Part shown: positions 50,638 to 60,263 of the stretch, piece after piece
Layout: every line of letters starts with the position of its first letter
Position numbering within the stretch: the stretch's first letter is position 1
Assembly (NCBI GenBank): GCA_963809895.1
Contig: CAWELD010000003.1
Span: 1,344,001 to 1,408,000, forward strand
Origin: an uncultured Gemmatimonadales bacterium
Lineage (GTDB): Bacteria > Gemmatimonadota > Gemmatimonadetes > Longimicrobiales > Gaopeijiaceae
Direction: 5' to 3'
Length of the DNA stretch: 64,000 nucleotides
Notes under the pieces: generated by a model
What the model saw: the letters and a program-made list of their open reading frames with translations, nothing else
The model's database searches: none
Told to the model about the DNA's origin: nothing
Program-made: the position numbers and the translations under genes

Positions 50638-53376
50638 TCAGGGTGACAGGATCAACGTCGCCAGCACCACCGGGGCGAGAATGTCGATGATGGCGCCCGA
50701 CGCCACGTGGACGGAGACGAAACGGACCACCGGGTCCAGCGCGAGGGCGGTTGCGCACGACTGAACCGTGGGGTTGGTCACCAGAACCTCTTTGACCGCC
50801 TCATGAAGGGCGTTGAGGAACTGGATGCGAATGGGTGTGAGCGCATCCACGCCCACGGTGTTGGCGAAGCAGAGGGTCACCTGGTCGGCCACCGCCGACG
50901 CGAAGTTGTTCACGGCGAGCGATCCCAGGTCGAGGGTCCAAGCGTTGTTGTCCCCGCCCTGGAGGCCCATGCGCTCGTTGGAGGTCCCCGCGCCTGCGAC
51001 GAAGTGGGTGTTGGCGTCTCCCTCGGCCTCCACGTTCATGCTGCCGGACACCGGCTCGCCGTCGACCTCCCCGTCCACCGGCACGGACTGGGTGCCGATG
51101 GCTACCACGCCCCCGGTATTCTCCTGTTCGCCCACGTGAATCGTGAGGCTGGTCTGCGTGGGCGGCGTGCATGGATTCCCGTCAGGCCCGTCGTTGAAGC
51201 TGTTGGTGACCACCGCAGGCCCGGCGATGGTGGTGACCCCGGCCATGGTGCCCTTGTCGCCGCCGCTGCCCGGGCCGTTGCCGTCGCCGCCCGCGCCGCC
51301 GTTGCCCGCGTCGGTGAGCTCCGTGCCCCCGCCCATGCCCATGGCCAACCCGGTTCCGCCGGCGCCGTCGCCACCGGTGGCGCTGCCCCCGGCTCCGCCG
51401 TTGCCCCCGGCTTCTTCGGGCTGATCCGGCTTGCAGTCGGCCCAGCCGGCACCGCCGTTCCCCATCATGAAGGACGCCATCCCGCCCTGGCCGCCGTTCC
51501 CCAGCAGGTCCCCGTCCAGGTTCTTCAGCTGGGCGTCACCGCCCTTGCCGCCGGTGGAGGCGAGCTGGCCGCCGTCGCCACCGTTCTTGTTGACCTGGAT
51601 GCCGTCGCCGCCCACGCCGGCGATGGCCTTGGCGTCGCCGCCTGCGCCGCCGTCCAGCGGTGTGTCCCCGGCCCCCCGGATCACGGGATCGGCGCCGGAC
51701 ACGTTGCCGCGCTTCGCCAGTTGCTTGTCGGGCGTCACACCGCCGTCACCGCCCACGGCCGTGGCGTCACCACCGTCCTGGGCGCGCTTGGTGGCGCTCT
51801 CGGCGTCTGCGCCGTCCGCCGCAGTCGCATTGGCGTGTCCGCCGGGGCCCGGCAGGCCGACCTCGAGGATCAGCGCGCCGGAGCTGCCGGCGTTGATGCC
51901 CCCACCCGCCCGGATGTCGATCAGGCCCGACATGCCGCCCTCGCCACCGTGCGCCGCCGCGCTCGGCGCCTTGAAGCCCTCGGTGGCGGGCTGCGCGACA
52001 CCGTCGGCGTGACCGCCACGGCCTCCGGCACCGGAGCGGATGATGTTGTTCGAGCCCTCGTAGTTCAGCGTGCCCGTCACGTAGGCCTTGATGAGGCCGC
52101 CGTCGCCGCCCTTGCCGCCGTTCACGTCCACGTCCTGGGCCGCCGTCTCGGAACCGTCGCCGCCCCGTCCGCCGTCCTGGCCCCACAGCAGCGTGTTGCC
52201 GGCGAAGATGGCGTTCCCCCGCAGCCGGAACTTCACCGTGCGGCCGTTCTGGCCGTCGGTGCCGTCGAGTCCGTCGGTGCCGTCCATGGCCGGGTCGGGG
52301 CCCGTGCCCCCACCGGCGTAGCGCACCGTGCTGTTGCTGACGCGCGTGAAGCGGACTCCCGGCCCGGCGGCCTCGGGGCTGTCCGGCACCGAGAACGGCC
52401 CCACGGCGGCCGGAAAGTCGTCGTCGGTGAGCGTGGGATCGTTGGTGAACTCCATGTCGCCGGAGCTGGTGACGGTGGCGCCTTCCAACGTCAGCTCACC
52501 GTCGGCGGCGATGCGCAGGTCGGCAGGCCCGCCGGAGAGATCCGAGCAACCGTTGGACACCGTGCCCATCACGGTGACCGCGGTGTCGCCCTGCACGTCC
52601 AGGGCACGGCAGTCGCCCTGAAGGGTCCCCTCCAGCGTGACCATCCCCGCGGCCCGGATCATGACGTCGCCCGTCATGGTGACCGTGACGCCCGGGGCGA
52701 TGGAGAACTGGTCGGCCAACACCTCTCCGCTGAGGTCCTGATCCTGGGTGATCTGCACGTCGGGGAGGAACACGTCCACCGGCGCCGTGGCCTCGACGCC
52801 GGAGGCCGCCCGGGCCGTGATCGTCGCCGTGCCCGCGCCTTCGCCGGTGACGAGCCCCGCGGCGTCCACGGTGGCCACCGCATCGTCGGACGAGGACCAG
52901 GTCAGCGTGGGCTGCTGGATCGACGCGCCCCCGGCGTCGCTGGCATCGGCCGAGAGCTGGAGCGTCTCGCCCACCGCCACCGAGCCATCCTGGGGCGAAA
53001 GCGTCAACTGATCCACCGCCTGCGCCACCGTGATGTCCGTGGTGCCGCTGGCGCTCCCCCCGTCCACGGTCGCCGTGATGGTGGCGGTGCCGTTGCCCGC
53101 CGCCATGGCCACACCGCCGCTGCTCACCGTGGCCACCGATCCGTTGGAGGTGGACCAGGTGAAGGTCAGACCCGACACGGTCTCACCCTTCGACGTGCGG
53201 CCCACGGCCGTGAGCTGCGTGGTCTCTCCGATGGACATGAGGGTGTGGACGGTGGCGGTGACCGTCACGGACGTGACGTCGCCCGCCCCCGGACCCGATC
53301 CATCATCCCCACCACAACTCGCCAGAGACACGGCGAAACCCACGAGCACCACTGCGACGCGGAGGGGGCGGCGCAT
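50638..53376 (-). CDS. Lipoprotein with two Ig-like (Big_2) domains and a long Gly-rich region
   Basis: Lipobox SLASC, WSTSNGSVATV and WSSSDDAVATV, GGxGG repeats. Confidence 0.85.
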   Translation of the reverse strand: MRRPLRVAVVLVGFAVSLASCGGDDGSGPGAGDVTSVTVTATVHTLMSIGETTQLTAVGRTSKGETVSGLTFTWSTSNGSVATVSSGGVAMAAGNGTATITATVDGGSASGTTDITVAQAVDQLTLSPQDGSVAVGETLQLSADASDAGGASIQQPTLTWSSSDDAVATVDAAGLVTGEGAGTATITARAASGVEATAPVDVFLPDVQITQDQDLSGEVLADQFSIAPGVTVTMTGDVMIRAAGMVTLEGTLQGDCRALDVQGDTAVTVMGTVSNGCSDLSGGPADLRIAADGELTLEGATVTSSGDMEFTNDPTLTDDDFPAAVGPFSVPDSPEAAGPGVRFTRVSNSTVRYAGGGTGPDPAMDGTDGLDGTDGQNGRTVKFRLRGNAIFAGNTLLWGQDGGRGGDGSETAAQDVDVNGGKGGDGGLIKAYVTGTLNYEGSNNIIRSGAGGRGGHADGVAQPATEGFKAPSAAAHGGEGGMSGLIDIRAGGGINAGSSGALILEVGLPGPGGHANATAADGADAESATKRAQDGGDATAVGGDGGVTPDKQLAKRGNVSGADPVIRGAGDTPLDGGAGGDAKAIAGVGGDGIQVNKNGGDGGQLASTGGKGGDAQLKNLDGDLLGNGGQGGMASFMMGNGGAGWADCKPDQPEEAGGNGGAGGSATGGDGAGGTGLAMGMGGGTELTDAGNGGAGGDGNGPGSGGDKGTMAGVTTIAGPAVVTNSFNDGPDGNPCTPPTQTSLTIHVGEQENTGGVVAIGTQSVPVDGEVDGEPVSGSMNVEAEGDANTHFVAGAGTSNERMGLQGGDNNAWTLDLGSLAVNNFASAVADQVTLCFANTVGVDALTPIRIQFLNALHEAVKEVLVTNPTVQSCATALALDPVVRFVSVHVASGAIIDILAPVVLATLILSP

Positions 53377-53497
53377 GAGCTCCTCCCTTGGTCTGTTGGA
53401 TCGGTCGGTCCGCCCGGCGGTCGAGCCCGGCGGGTACAATGTCCAGTATAGGCAGCGCCGCGGAGTGCGCGCCACGGATTCCTTGCGCACGGAAACG

Positions 53498-53546
53498 TGG
53501 ACGGGTCGACGGCGCCGTGATATCATTTATCGTATGAGTGATACTA
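53498..53546 (+). promoter_or_regulatory. Probable leaderless promoter with TGATATCA operator
   Basis: TGGACG-17-TATCAT, then 7 nt to ATG; tgatatca at 53518-53525 and tgatacta at about 53539-53546. Confidence 0.55.
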
Positions 53547-54100
53547 CCGACACCCTGCCCTCCGGTCGCTTTCTGCTCAGGATCGATCCCGCGCTGCACG
53601 CCACGCTCCGGGATCAAGCCGAGCGTCAGGGTCTGTCGCTGAACGAGTACTGCGCGCGGCGTTTGGCCTATCCGGGCCTGGACGTGGGGGGCCCCGCGCC
53701 GGACGCGGTGCGCCGAGCCCTGACCGTCACCCGCGGTCGTGTGCGCGGCCTCCTGGTGTTCGGATCGTGGGCGCGCAACGAGCTCAGCGACGACTCCGAC
53801 GTGGACCTGCTGGTGGTGTTGGACCGGGGGCAGGTGCTGGAGCGGAGCCTGTATCGCCGGTGGGACGAGGCTCCGGTGCTCTGGGAGGGGCGGAGCGTGG
53901 AGCCCCATTTCGTTCATCTTCCCGGCGAGGGCGACCGCGTCACGGGCCTGTGGGCCGAGGCGGCCCTCGACGGCGTGGTCCTGTTCGATCCGGACTTCGC
54001 CATGTCCCGCCACCTCGTGCACGTACGGAAGCAGATCCTCGCGGGGCGGCTGGTCCGCCGCGAGATCCACGGACATCCCTACTGGGTGGAGGCCGCCTGA
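53534..54100 (+). CDS. HicB-like RHH domain fused to minimal nucleotidyltransferase (MNT antitoxin)
   Basis: SGRFLLRIDPALHATL...GLSLNEY; FGSWAR...SDVDLLVV. Confidence 0.85.
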   Translation: MSDTTDTLPSGRFLLRIDPALHATLRDQAERQGLSLNEYCARRLAYPGLDVGGPAPDAVRRALTVTRGRVRGLLVFGSWARNELSDDSDVDLLVVLDRGQVLERSLYRRWDEAPVLWEGRSVEPHFVHLPGEGDRVTGLWAEAALDGVVLFDPDFAMSRHLVHVRKQILAGRLVRREIHGHPYWVEAA

Positions 54101-54525
54101 TGCACAACCCCGACCTGGCGCGGGACTACCTGCGACGCGCCGCGATCCGCCTGGAAGCGCTGGACGTGCTGTACGGCGGAGAGAGCTGGGCCGATGTCGT
54201 CCGCGAAGCCCAGGAGATCGTGGAGCTCACGCTCAAGGGTCTCCTGCGGGCCTGCGGCATCGACCCTCCCCGCATTCACGACGTGTCCGAGATCCTCCTG
54301 GCCGAACGGGACCGCCTCCCCGAAGGACTGGAGCCGGAGGTGGAGACGCTGGCCGAGATCTCGCGCCAGCTCCGCCGGGACCGCGAGCTGGCGTTCTACG
54401 GGGCCGAAGACCTGACGCCGTCGGGCTTCTATTCGAAGGGGGATGCCGAGCGCGCGCGCGACGGAGCGCGATCCACCGTCACCCTGGTGAAGCCACACGT
54501 CCTGGACCCGGCTGGGGGCGCATAG
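54100..54525 (+). CDS. HEPN domain protein
   Basis: AQEIVELTLKGLL...DPPRIHDV; coupled to the MNT gene. Confidence 0.85.
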   Translation: MHNPDLARDYLRRAAIRLEALDVLYGGESWADVVREAQEIVELTLKGLLRACGIDPPRIHDVSEILLAERDRLPEGLEPEVETLAEISRQLRRDRELAFYGAEDLTPSGFYSKGDAERARDGARSTVTLVKPHVLDPAGGA

Positions 54526-54528
54526 GCT

Positions 54529-56097
54529 ATGCCGAACCTCCCACCGCTGGACCAGATGCTCCAGGGCCCGGCCGCGCTCTACGGCGTTCTCCTGGTGCTG
54601 GTGCTGCTCCTTCTCGTGGTGCGGCGCTTCAGCGACGATCCGGCCATGCGCCGCAGGGCCATGCTGGTGAGCGGGCTGCTCTTCCTGTTCGTGGCGCTCC
54701 GGATCTGGCTGCGCTTCATCCCGCCGCTGGTTCCACGCCTGGTGGAGGGTGCCGGCGGCGAGCCCGCCCGCATGGTCCAGGTCACCAACCCGTTGGCGCA
54801 TTCCATCGTGGTCACGAGCCTGATCGTGGCGCTCCTGGCCGCGCTCCTCCTCGGGGCGCTCCTCCTCGTGGACGTGCTCCTGGTGCGCCGCCTGAAGGTG
54901 GAAGTGCCCAAGATCCTGCCGGACATCGCCGTGCTGGGGGCCTTCTTCTTCGGCGTGATCCTGATCCTCTACTACCGGACCACGCTGGACATCACGGGGC
55001 TGTTCACCACCTCGGCGCTCTTCACGGTGGTCATCGGCCTCGCGCTCCAGGACACGCTCGGCAACCTCTTCTCGGGACTGGCGCTCCAGACCGAGCGCTC
55101 CTTCCGCGTCGGCGATTGGGTCCGGTTCGGCACCTACGAAGGACTCGTCACCGACGTGTCCTGGCGGGCCACCAAGATCCGCACCCGGGACAACGACCTC
55201 ATCGTCGTGCCCAACACGGTCATGGGAAAGGACGCGCTGCTCAACTTCAGCGTCCCCACGCCGGTCCACGGCGTGGTCAGCGAGGTGGGATGCCACTATC
55301 GCCATCCCCCGGCATCGGTCATGGAGGCGCTGGAAGAGGCGGCGAGTCAGACGGAGGGTGTCCTGGCGCGACCCAGGCCCAGCGTACGCACCCGGGCGTT
55401 CGGCGATTTCGCCATCACCTACGAGATCCGTTACTGGATCCGGGATTATGCCGCGGAGCCCGAGATCCGCAGCGATCTCATGACCCGCATCTGGTACGTC
55501 TTCGATCGCCGGGGCATCGAGATCCCCTTCCCCATTCGCAACGTCTTCATGCGGGAGATGGCGGAGGGCGCCGAGGGCCGGTCGCCGGCCGACGACGGCG
55601 AGCGAGTGCGGGAACGCCTGGCGCGCTGCGACCTCTTCGCCTTCCTCAATGCCGACGAGCTGGCCCGCCTGGCCCGGAGGGTCCGCACCGAGCGCTACTT
55701 CACCGGCGAGACGGTCATCCATCAGGGAGCGACGGGGGATTCTCTCTACGTCGTCGACGAGGGGCGCGTCGAGGTGCTGGTGCGCTCCGGCGACAAGGAG
55801 CCCGAACGGGTGGCCGAGCTCGGCGTGGCGTCGTTCTTCGGCGAGATGAGCATGATGGTGGACGAGCCGCGCTCGGCGACCATCCGCACGCTGACCCCCA
55901 CCCGCTTCTTCGTCATCGACCGCGACGCGTTCCGCGACATCCTGCTCGCGAATCCCGCCATCGGCGACCGTCTGTCCGAGACCCTGGCCCAGCGCAAGCG
56001 GGAGCTGGACGCGGCGTTGGCCACCCCCGTCGAGGAGCCGCCCGAGGTGGAAGAGCGGCGAATCCTGGACCGCATCCGCGACCTGTTCGGGTTCTGA
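54529..56097 (+). CDS. MscS mechanosensitive channel with C-terminal cNMP-binding domain
   Basis: IGLALQDTLGNLFSG, FRVGDWV, IEIPFP, FFGEMS...PRSATI. Confidence 0.92.
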   Translation: MPNLPPLDQMLQGPAALYGVLLVLVLLLLVVRRFSDDPAMRRRAMLVSGLLFLFVALRIWLRFIPPLVPRLVEGAGGEPARMVQVTNPLAHSIVVTSLIVALLAALLLGALLLVDVLLVRRLKVEVPKILPDIAVLGAFFFGVILILYYRTTLDITGLFTTSALFTVVIGLALQDTLGNLFSGLALQTERSFRVGDWVRFGTYEGLVTDVSWRATKIRTRDNDLIVVPNTVMGKDALLNFSVPTPVHGVVSEVGCHYRHPPASVMEALEEAASQTEGVLARPRPSVRTRAFGDFAITYEIRYWIRDYAAEPEIRSDLMTRIWYVFDRRGIEIPFPIRNVFMREMAEGAEGRSPADDGERVRERLARCDLFAFLNADELARLARRVRTERYFTGETVIHQGATGDSLYVVDEGRVEVLVRSGDKEPERVAELGVASFFGEMSMMVDEPRSATIRTLTPTRFFVIDRDAFRDILLANPAIGDRLSETLAQRKRELDAALATPVEEPPEVEERRILDRIRDLFGF

Positions 56098-56103
56098 GGA
56101 GCC

Positions 56104-56592
56104 TCAGCCTCCCCCGCCTCCTGCCTGCTTGCCGCGGAACGTCAGGGGGAGCTGCATCCAGACGCCCACGGCGCACTGACCCTGCAGGGCCTGGGTGAAT
56201 CGCACCTGCTTCGCCACGGCGAATCCGGCGGGCTGCAGGAGCTCGGCGCCGGACGCCCCCACGAGCCGGATGTCTTCGACCTCACCCTCGGGTCCGACGT
56301 AGAAGGCGAACACGAGCTTGCCGGAGAGCGCCTGTCTGGCAGCGGCCATGGCCCGCACGTACTGGCGCTGCTGTACGTCCTGGACCTTCTCCGGGTTGGC
56401 GATCCGGGGCCACATGGTCACTTCCTGGGCCCGCGGTCCTCCCGCTTGCGGCGCATCTTCCTGGGTCCAGGGCGCGGGATCGCACGGCGGCGCCAGGGAT
56501 TCGGACGCAGAGCGCGACCCGGCGCTGGCGCAGGCGGTGACAAGGGGGATGGCGGTTGCGGCGATGACGCGGCCGATGGTGACGCGGCGCAC
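56104..56592 (-). CDS. TonB C-terminal domain lipoprotein (start uncertain)
   Basis: LVTAC lipobox-like motif, FYVGPEGEVEDIRLVGASG...VRFTQA...VWMQLPLTF. Confidence 0.65.
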   Translation of the reverse strand: MRRVTIGRVIAATAIPLVTACASAGSRSASESLAPPCDPAPWTQEDAPQAGGPRAQEVTMWPRIANPEKVQDVQQRQYVRAMAAARQALSGKLVFAFYVGPEGEVEDIRLVGASGAELLQPAGFAVAKQVRFTQALQGQCAVGVWMQLPLTFRGKQAGGGGG

Positions 56593-56816
56593 GGCCACTC
56601 CGGGTAGAGTGAAGGGGGGGACGCGCAAGCTAGTAGGCTGCGGTGGTGGGCGCGAGGGAGCGCTCGTGAACCCTGCACGCGGAGGGTTCGTAGGGACAGA
56701 ACGTGGACGCGTCCGGTACGGGCCGCTGCGATCCATCCACCCGATCGGTCGACGATGGGGTCCGGAGCGCGGGGGCCCGGCGCGTCACCTGCCACGCCCC
56801 ACACGGAGCGAACCCC

Positions 56817-57299
56817 GTGGCCCATCGCCCGCTACCCGACGCGGCATCCGCGGCCTCCACGGCGCCGGTTTCCAGGCCGGCGCCTTCCGTGGCCGAGGCC
56901 GACGCCGCCGGCGGGCGCACTGCCCTGCTGAGCGTGCTGGGGTGGCTGGCTCTCCTCGCAGGTGGCCTCATCCTGTCGTTGGGCATGGCCTCGCTGGTCG
57001 GAGCACGGGTGCGCTCGGCCGCGCTCGTAGACGTGGACCGGAGCCCGGTGGGGTCGGTGCCCTCGTACTCCGACGCGCCCCGGGCGGCGCTGGCCTTCTT
57101 CGCCCGGCGCGACACGGTCACGGTGCGGGTGTCCCGAGACATGACCGTAGCCGACTTCCTCGCGCTCTACCATCTGGAGACCAACGCGTCGGCCCGAGCA
57201 GCCCTGAGGGATCAGCTGGGCGCCGTGGCCGATGCCGACCTCCTGCGTGAGGGTGACGAGGTCACGCTCACCGTCACCGTCGGCCGGGAGACGCCATGA
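56817..57299 (+). CDS. Single-TM protein with LysM-like C-terminal domain
   Basis: TM helix; VTVRVSRDMTVADFLALYHL...DLLREGDEVTL has a LysM-like pattern. Confidence 0.65.
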   Translation: MAHRPLPDAASAASTAPVSRPAPSVAEADAAGGRTALLSVLGWLALLAGGLILSLGMASLVGARVRSAALVDVDRSPVGSVPSYSDAPRAALAFFARRDTVTVRVSRDMTVADFLALYHLETNASARAALRDQLGAVADADLLREGDEVTLTVTVGRETP

Positions 57300-58147
57300 C
57301 GCCCGATCGCGATCCTTTCGAGTCGGGCCAGGACGCCACCGACGAGATCCGCCACGCCCTGGAAGCCATCCGCGCCGACGTGCGCGCCGTGGTGCAGGAC
57401 GAGGTGGCCCGAGCCGGCATGTCCGAAGGTGAGCTGGAGCGGTTCGTGGCCGACCTCGTGCGCAAGAACCTCACCGAGGCCGCCGAGGTCCGGCCGCGCG
57501 CCAGCGTGTGGAGCGCGCCCGTGCTCCTGCTCACCGGCCTGGTGGTGGGGCTGCTCGGGGGATTCGCCGGCTACTGGATGCTGGCGAGACCAACGACGGA
57601 CGGCGCACGTCCCCCGGCGCTGTCCTCGGCGGCACCCGACCCGGGAGCCGCCACCGCGCCCACCGAGACCGACGCCTCGGCCGCCCCCGCCAGCCAAGGC
57701 TCGCAATCCTCGACGTCGCCGCCACCGGCCGCGGCCGCGCCGACCGCGCTGGCCGCTCGCTACGATTCCCTCTTCGCGGCCCACGACCCGGGCCTGGAAC
57801 CGCTTCTGGCGGAGCTGGAGGGAAAGGCGGCCCCACCCGTGCTCGCCGCGCTGACGGAGTGGCGCGGCGGGGGGGCGCTGGACCCGGGCCCCCGGCGGCG
57901 GCTGCACGACGCACTGGTGCAGGCGGCGGTAAACCGCTTGGCCGGCACGGCTCTCACGCTGGACGGCCTGGTGACCCGGAACCCGTGCGGTGGGGCGTCG
58001 TGCGGCGCCATCCTGCAGCTGTGGCAGGCGCGAGGCCCTGAGCTGGGCCTGCCCGCGTATCCGGCAGCCGACACGGCCCGGGACGCCGCGCTGCCGACGG
58101 TGGAACGCGTCCTGGTCATGCGTGGACTGGAGGCCGACGGTGGCTGA
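57296..58147 (+). CDS. Single-TM protein, Pro/Ala/Thr linker, possible peptidoglycan-binding-like C-terminus
   Basis: ATGA overlap; TM helix; VQAAVNRLAGTALTLDGLV. Confidence 0.7.
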   Translation: MTPDRDPFESGQDATDEIRHALEAIRADVRAVVQDEVARAGMSEGELERFVADLVRKNLTEAAEVRPRASVWSAPVLLLTGLVVGLLGGFAGYWMLARPTTDGARPPALSSAAPDPGAATAPTETDASAAPASQGSQSSTSPPPAAAAPTALAARYDSLFAAHDPGLEPLLAELEGKAAPPVLAALTEWRGGGALDPGPRRRLHDALVQAAVNRLAGTALTLDGLVTRNPCGGASCGAILQLWQARGPELGLPAYPAADTARDAALPTVERVLVMRGLEADGG

Positions 58148-60263
58148 CGTCGTGTCGCTGGACCGTCACGTCCTGGCCTCACCGGCCACGGCCTTCGACA
58201 CGGCCTGGTCCACGTACGGCTGGACCCCCGGCATCCAGGACCGGGTGGGGCGCCTCGAGGAAGAGGTACCCTGGGGAACCCACGTGGCCCGGGCCACGGA
58301 CCCGCCGCGGTTGTCGGGACCGGCCCAGGCGCTCCTGAACCCCGACAACCTGGACCGGTTGGGAAGCGGGGTTCTGAGGGTGGACGGCCGCCTGGGCTTC
58401 GCCCTGTGGGGCGCCTTCGGATCGGGCTCCGGCGGCGCGGACCGCCGCGTGCTGACCCACACGCTGCTCATGGACGACGCCGCCTTCCGGCAGGTGGCCG
58501 GCTATCCGCAGGGGCTGCTCTGGGACGGCGACCGGCCGGCGGCGTGGTTCCGGGAGTTGGCGGAAGAGCAGGACTTCCTTGAACCCACACCGTTGACCCC
58601 GGTGCGGCTGGGTCTCGAGCGGGCGCGTACCGCGGCCCTCGCCCGGGCGCGCATCGTGGAGTTGGACCGGCTCCGGGGCGCCGTCCTGGATCAGCTCGGC
58701 GGCGACGTCGATGGCCTGTCCTCGCTCCTGGCCACGACCTACGAGGCCGTGGCCCGGGCCAGCGCCGGCGACCAGGTCCGCCATGTCGTGGTCCGAGGCG
58801 TGGGCGCCGCCACCTCGCGGCTCCTGAAGCTGGTGTGGCTGTCGCTCCCGTTGGAGGACCGCATCCGCGTGTCGTACGTGACCGAGCAGCGTCGGTCGGA
58901 ACGGCCCCGGGGCCTGCTCCTGGGCCTCCCCGAGGCCGAGTGGGGACGCTACGTGCCCGACGGCTCCTGGGTGGTGGACGAGCACGAGCCCGCCGAAGCC
59001 GGCGCCGGTCGCGTGCACTGGGCGCGGGCGCTCACGGCCCCGGATTCGCTGGAGACGTTCCGGCGTCTGGACGCCCGGGCGGCGAGTCGCCGGTGGCGAC
59101 TGGTCACCGCCGACGACCTGGCAGCGGAGGGCGCCCGGGGCGCCTGGCAGGTGGCGTGGGCGTCCCGAGGTCCGACCCTGGACGGTGTGCGGGCCCTGCT
59201 GGAGCTGGAGCGTCGCCGTCCGGGGGGCGTCCGCGCCCGGGCGCTGGGCCAGGCGCTGGGCGAGGCCGTGGCGACGACCACGACCGAACGCCCCGGCGCC
59301 GTCGACGCCATGGACGATGCGCTGAGCCTGTCCACCGAGCTCCCGGCGAACGCGCGCATGGGCGTGCTCCGGGGCGCCGTGCGCGCCCTCCGCGCTCGAG
59401 GTCCCGACGGACGGCGCCGCGCCGCGCTGCTCCGGTGCCGGGCGGCGGCCTCCGGTGACGCCGAGCTGTCCAGCGAGCTCCACCGCCTCGTGGACCGGGA
59501 GTCCGACGCGCTCCGTGCGCTCGTGGCCGATCCCGAGAGGGGAGGCGGCCTGGAGCTCGTCCTGGGCGCGCTGCCGCTGGCCGCCACCGGCGACCCGGTG
59601 GGCCGGGAGCTGGTGCGCCTCGGGGCCGCCGAGACCCGCTGGACCCCGGCGCGGGCCGCGACGCTGGGCACCGCTCTGGCCGCCCGGGCAACGGATGGCG
59701 ATCTCGACCCGATCCTGGCCGACATCCTGACGACGCTGCTGCGCGAAGGAGACCACGAGGGTTGGCACCGGCTGGTGTCCGAGGTTCCGGCGTCGTGGCT
59801 CGCGCGCCCGGCGATTCTGAGAGAGCTGATCGGTGGGATCGAGGCCGGCCGCCACCCCTTCGGCGCCGGCGCCCCCGAAACCGGCGAGCTCGCCGACAGC
59901 CTGGCCCGCCGGCTCCTGGAGCGCGCGGGGCGGACGGGGTTGGGTCCCGAACGCGCCACGGCGGTGCTCCGTCTGCTGTGGGCCGCGGGATCCGACGAGC
60001 CCCTGGACGCCCTGGATCTCCATGCGAGCACCCGCGTGCCGGTGCTGGCGGAGCTGCTGGCCGTGCCGGCGCCCCTGCCCCTCTTCCATGGCATCCGGCG
60101 GCGGCTCGAGCGCGCCCTGGACGCGGCGGGCGCGGATCGTTCGGCCGAGCCCTGGGTCGACACGCTTCGGCCCTGGGCACCGGCCCTGGCGCGGCGGTTG
60201 GCCGGCAACGACTCGGCGGCTCCGCACCCGGCGCCCCGCTTCCTGGTAGGAGCCGGATCGTGA
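58140..60263 (+). CDS. Hypothetical protein, possibly GAP1-like (alpha/beta N-terminus, helical C-terminus)
   Basis: Overlaps both neighbours; WSTYGWTPGI...GADRRVLTHTLL; directly precedes the GTPase gene. Confidence 0.7.
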   Translation: MADVVSLDRHVLASPATAFDTAWSTYGWTPGIQDRVGRLEEEVPWGTHVARATDPPRLSGPAQALLNPDNLDRLGSGVLRVDGRLGFALWGAFGSGSGGADRRVLTHTLLMDDAAFRQVAGYPQGLLWDGDRPAAWFRELAEEQDFLEPTPLTPVRLGLERARTAALARARIVELDRLRGAVLDQLGGDVDGLSSLLATTYEAVARASAGDQVRHVVVRGVGAATSRLLKLVWLSLPLEDRIRVSYVTEQRRSERPRGLLLGLPEAEWGRYVPDGSWVVDEHEPAEAGAGRVHWARALTAPDSLETFRRLDARAASRRWRLVTADDLAAEGARGAWQVAWASRGPTLDGVRALLELERRRPGGVRARALGQALGEAVATTTTERPGAVDAMDDALSLSTELPANARMGVLRGAVRALRARGPDGRRRAALLRCRAAASGDAELSSELHRLVDRESDALRALVADPERGGGLELVLGALPLAATGDPVGRELVRLGAAETRWTPARAATLGTALAARATDGDLDPILADILTTLLREGDHEGWHRLVSEVPASWLARPAILRELIGGIEAGRHPFGAGAPETGELADSLARRLLERAGRTGLGPERATAVLRLLWAAGSDEPLDALDLHASTRVPVLAELLAVPAPLPLFHGIRRRLERALDAAGADRSAEPWVDTLRPWAPALARRLAGNDSAAPHPAPRFLVGAGS

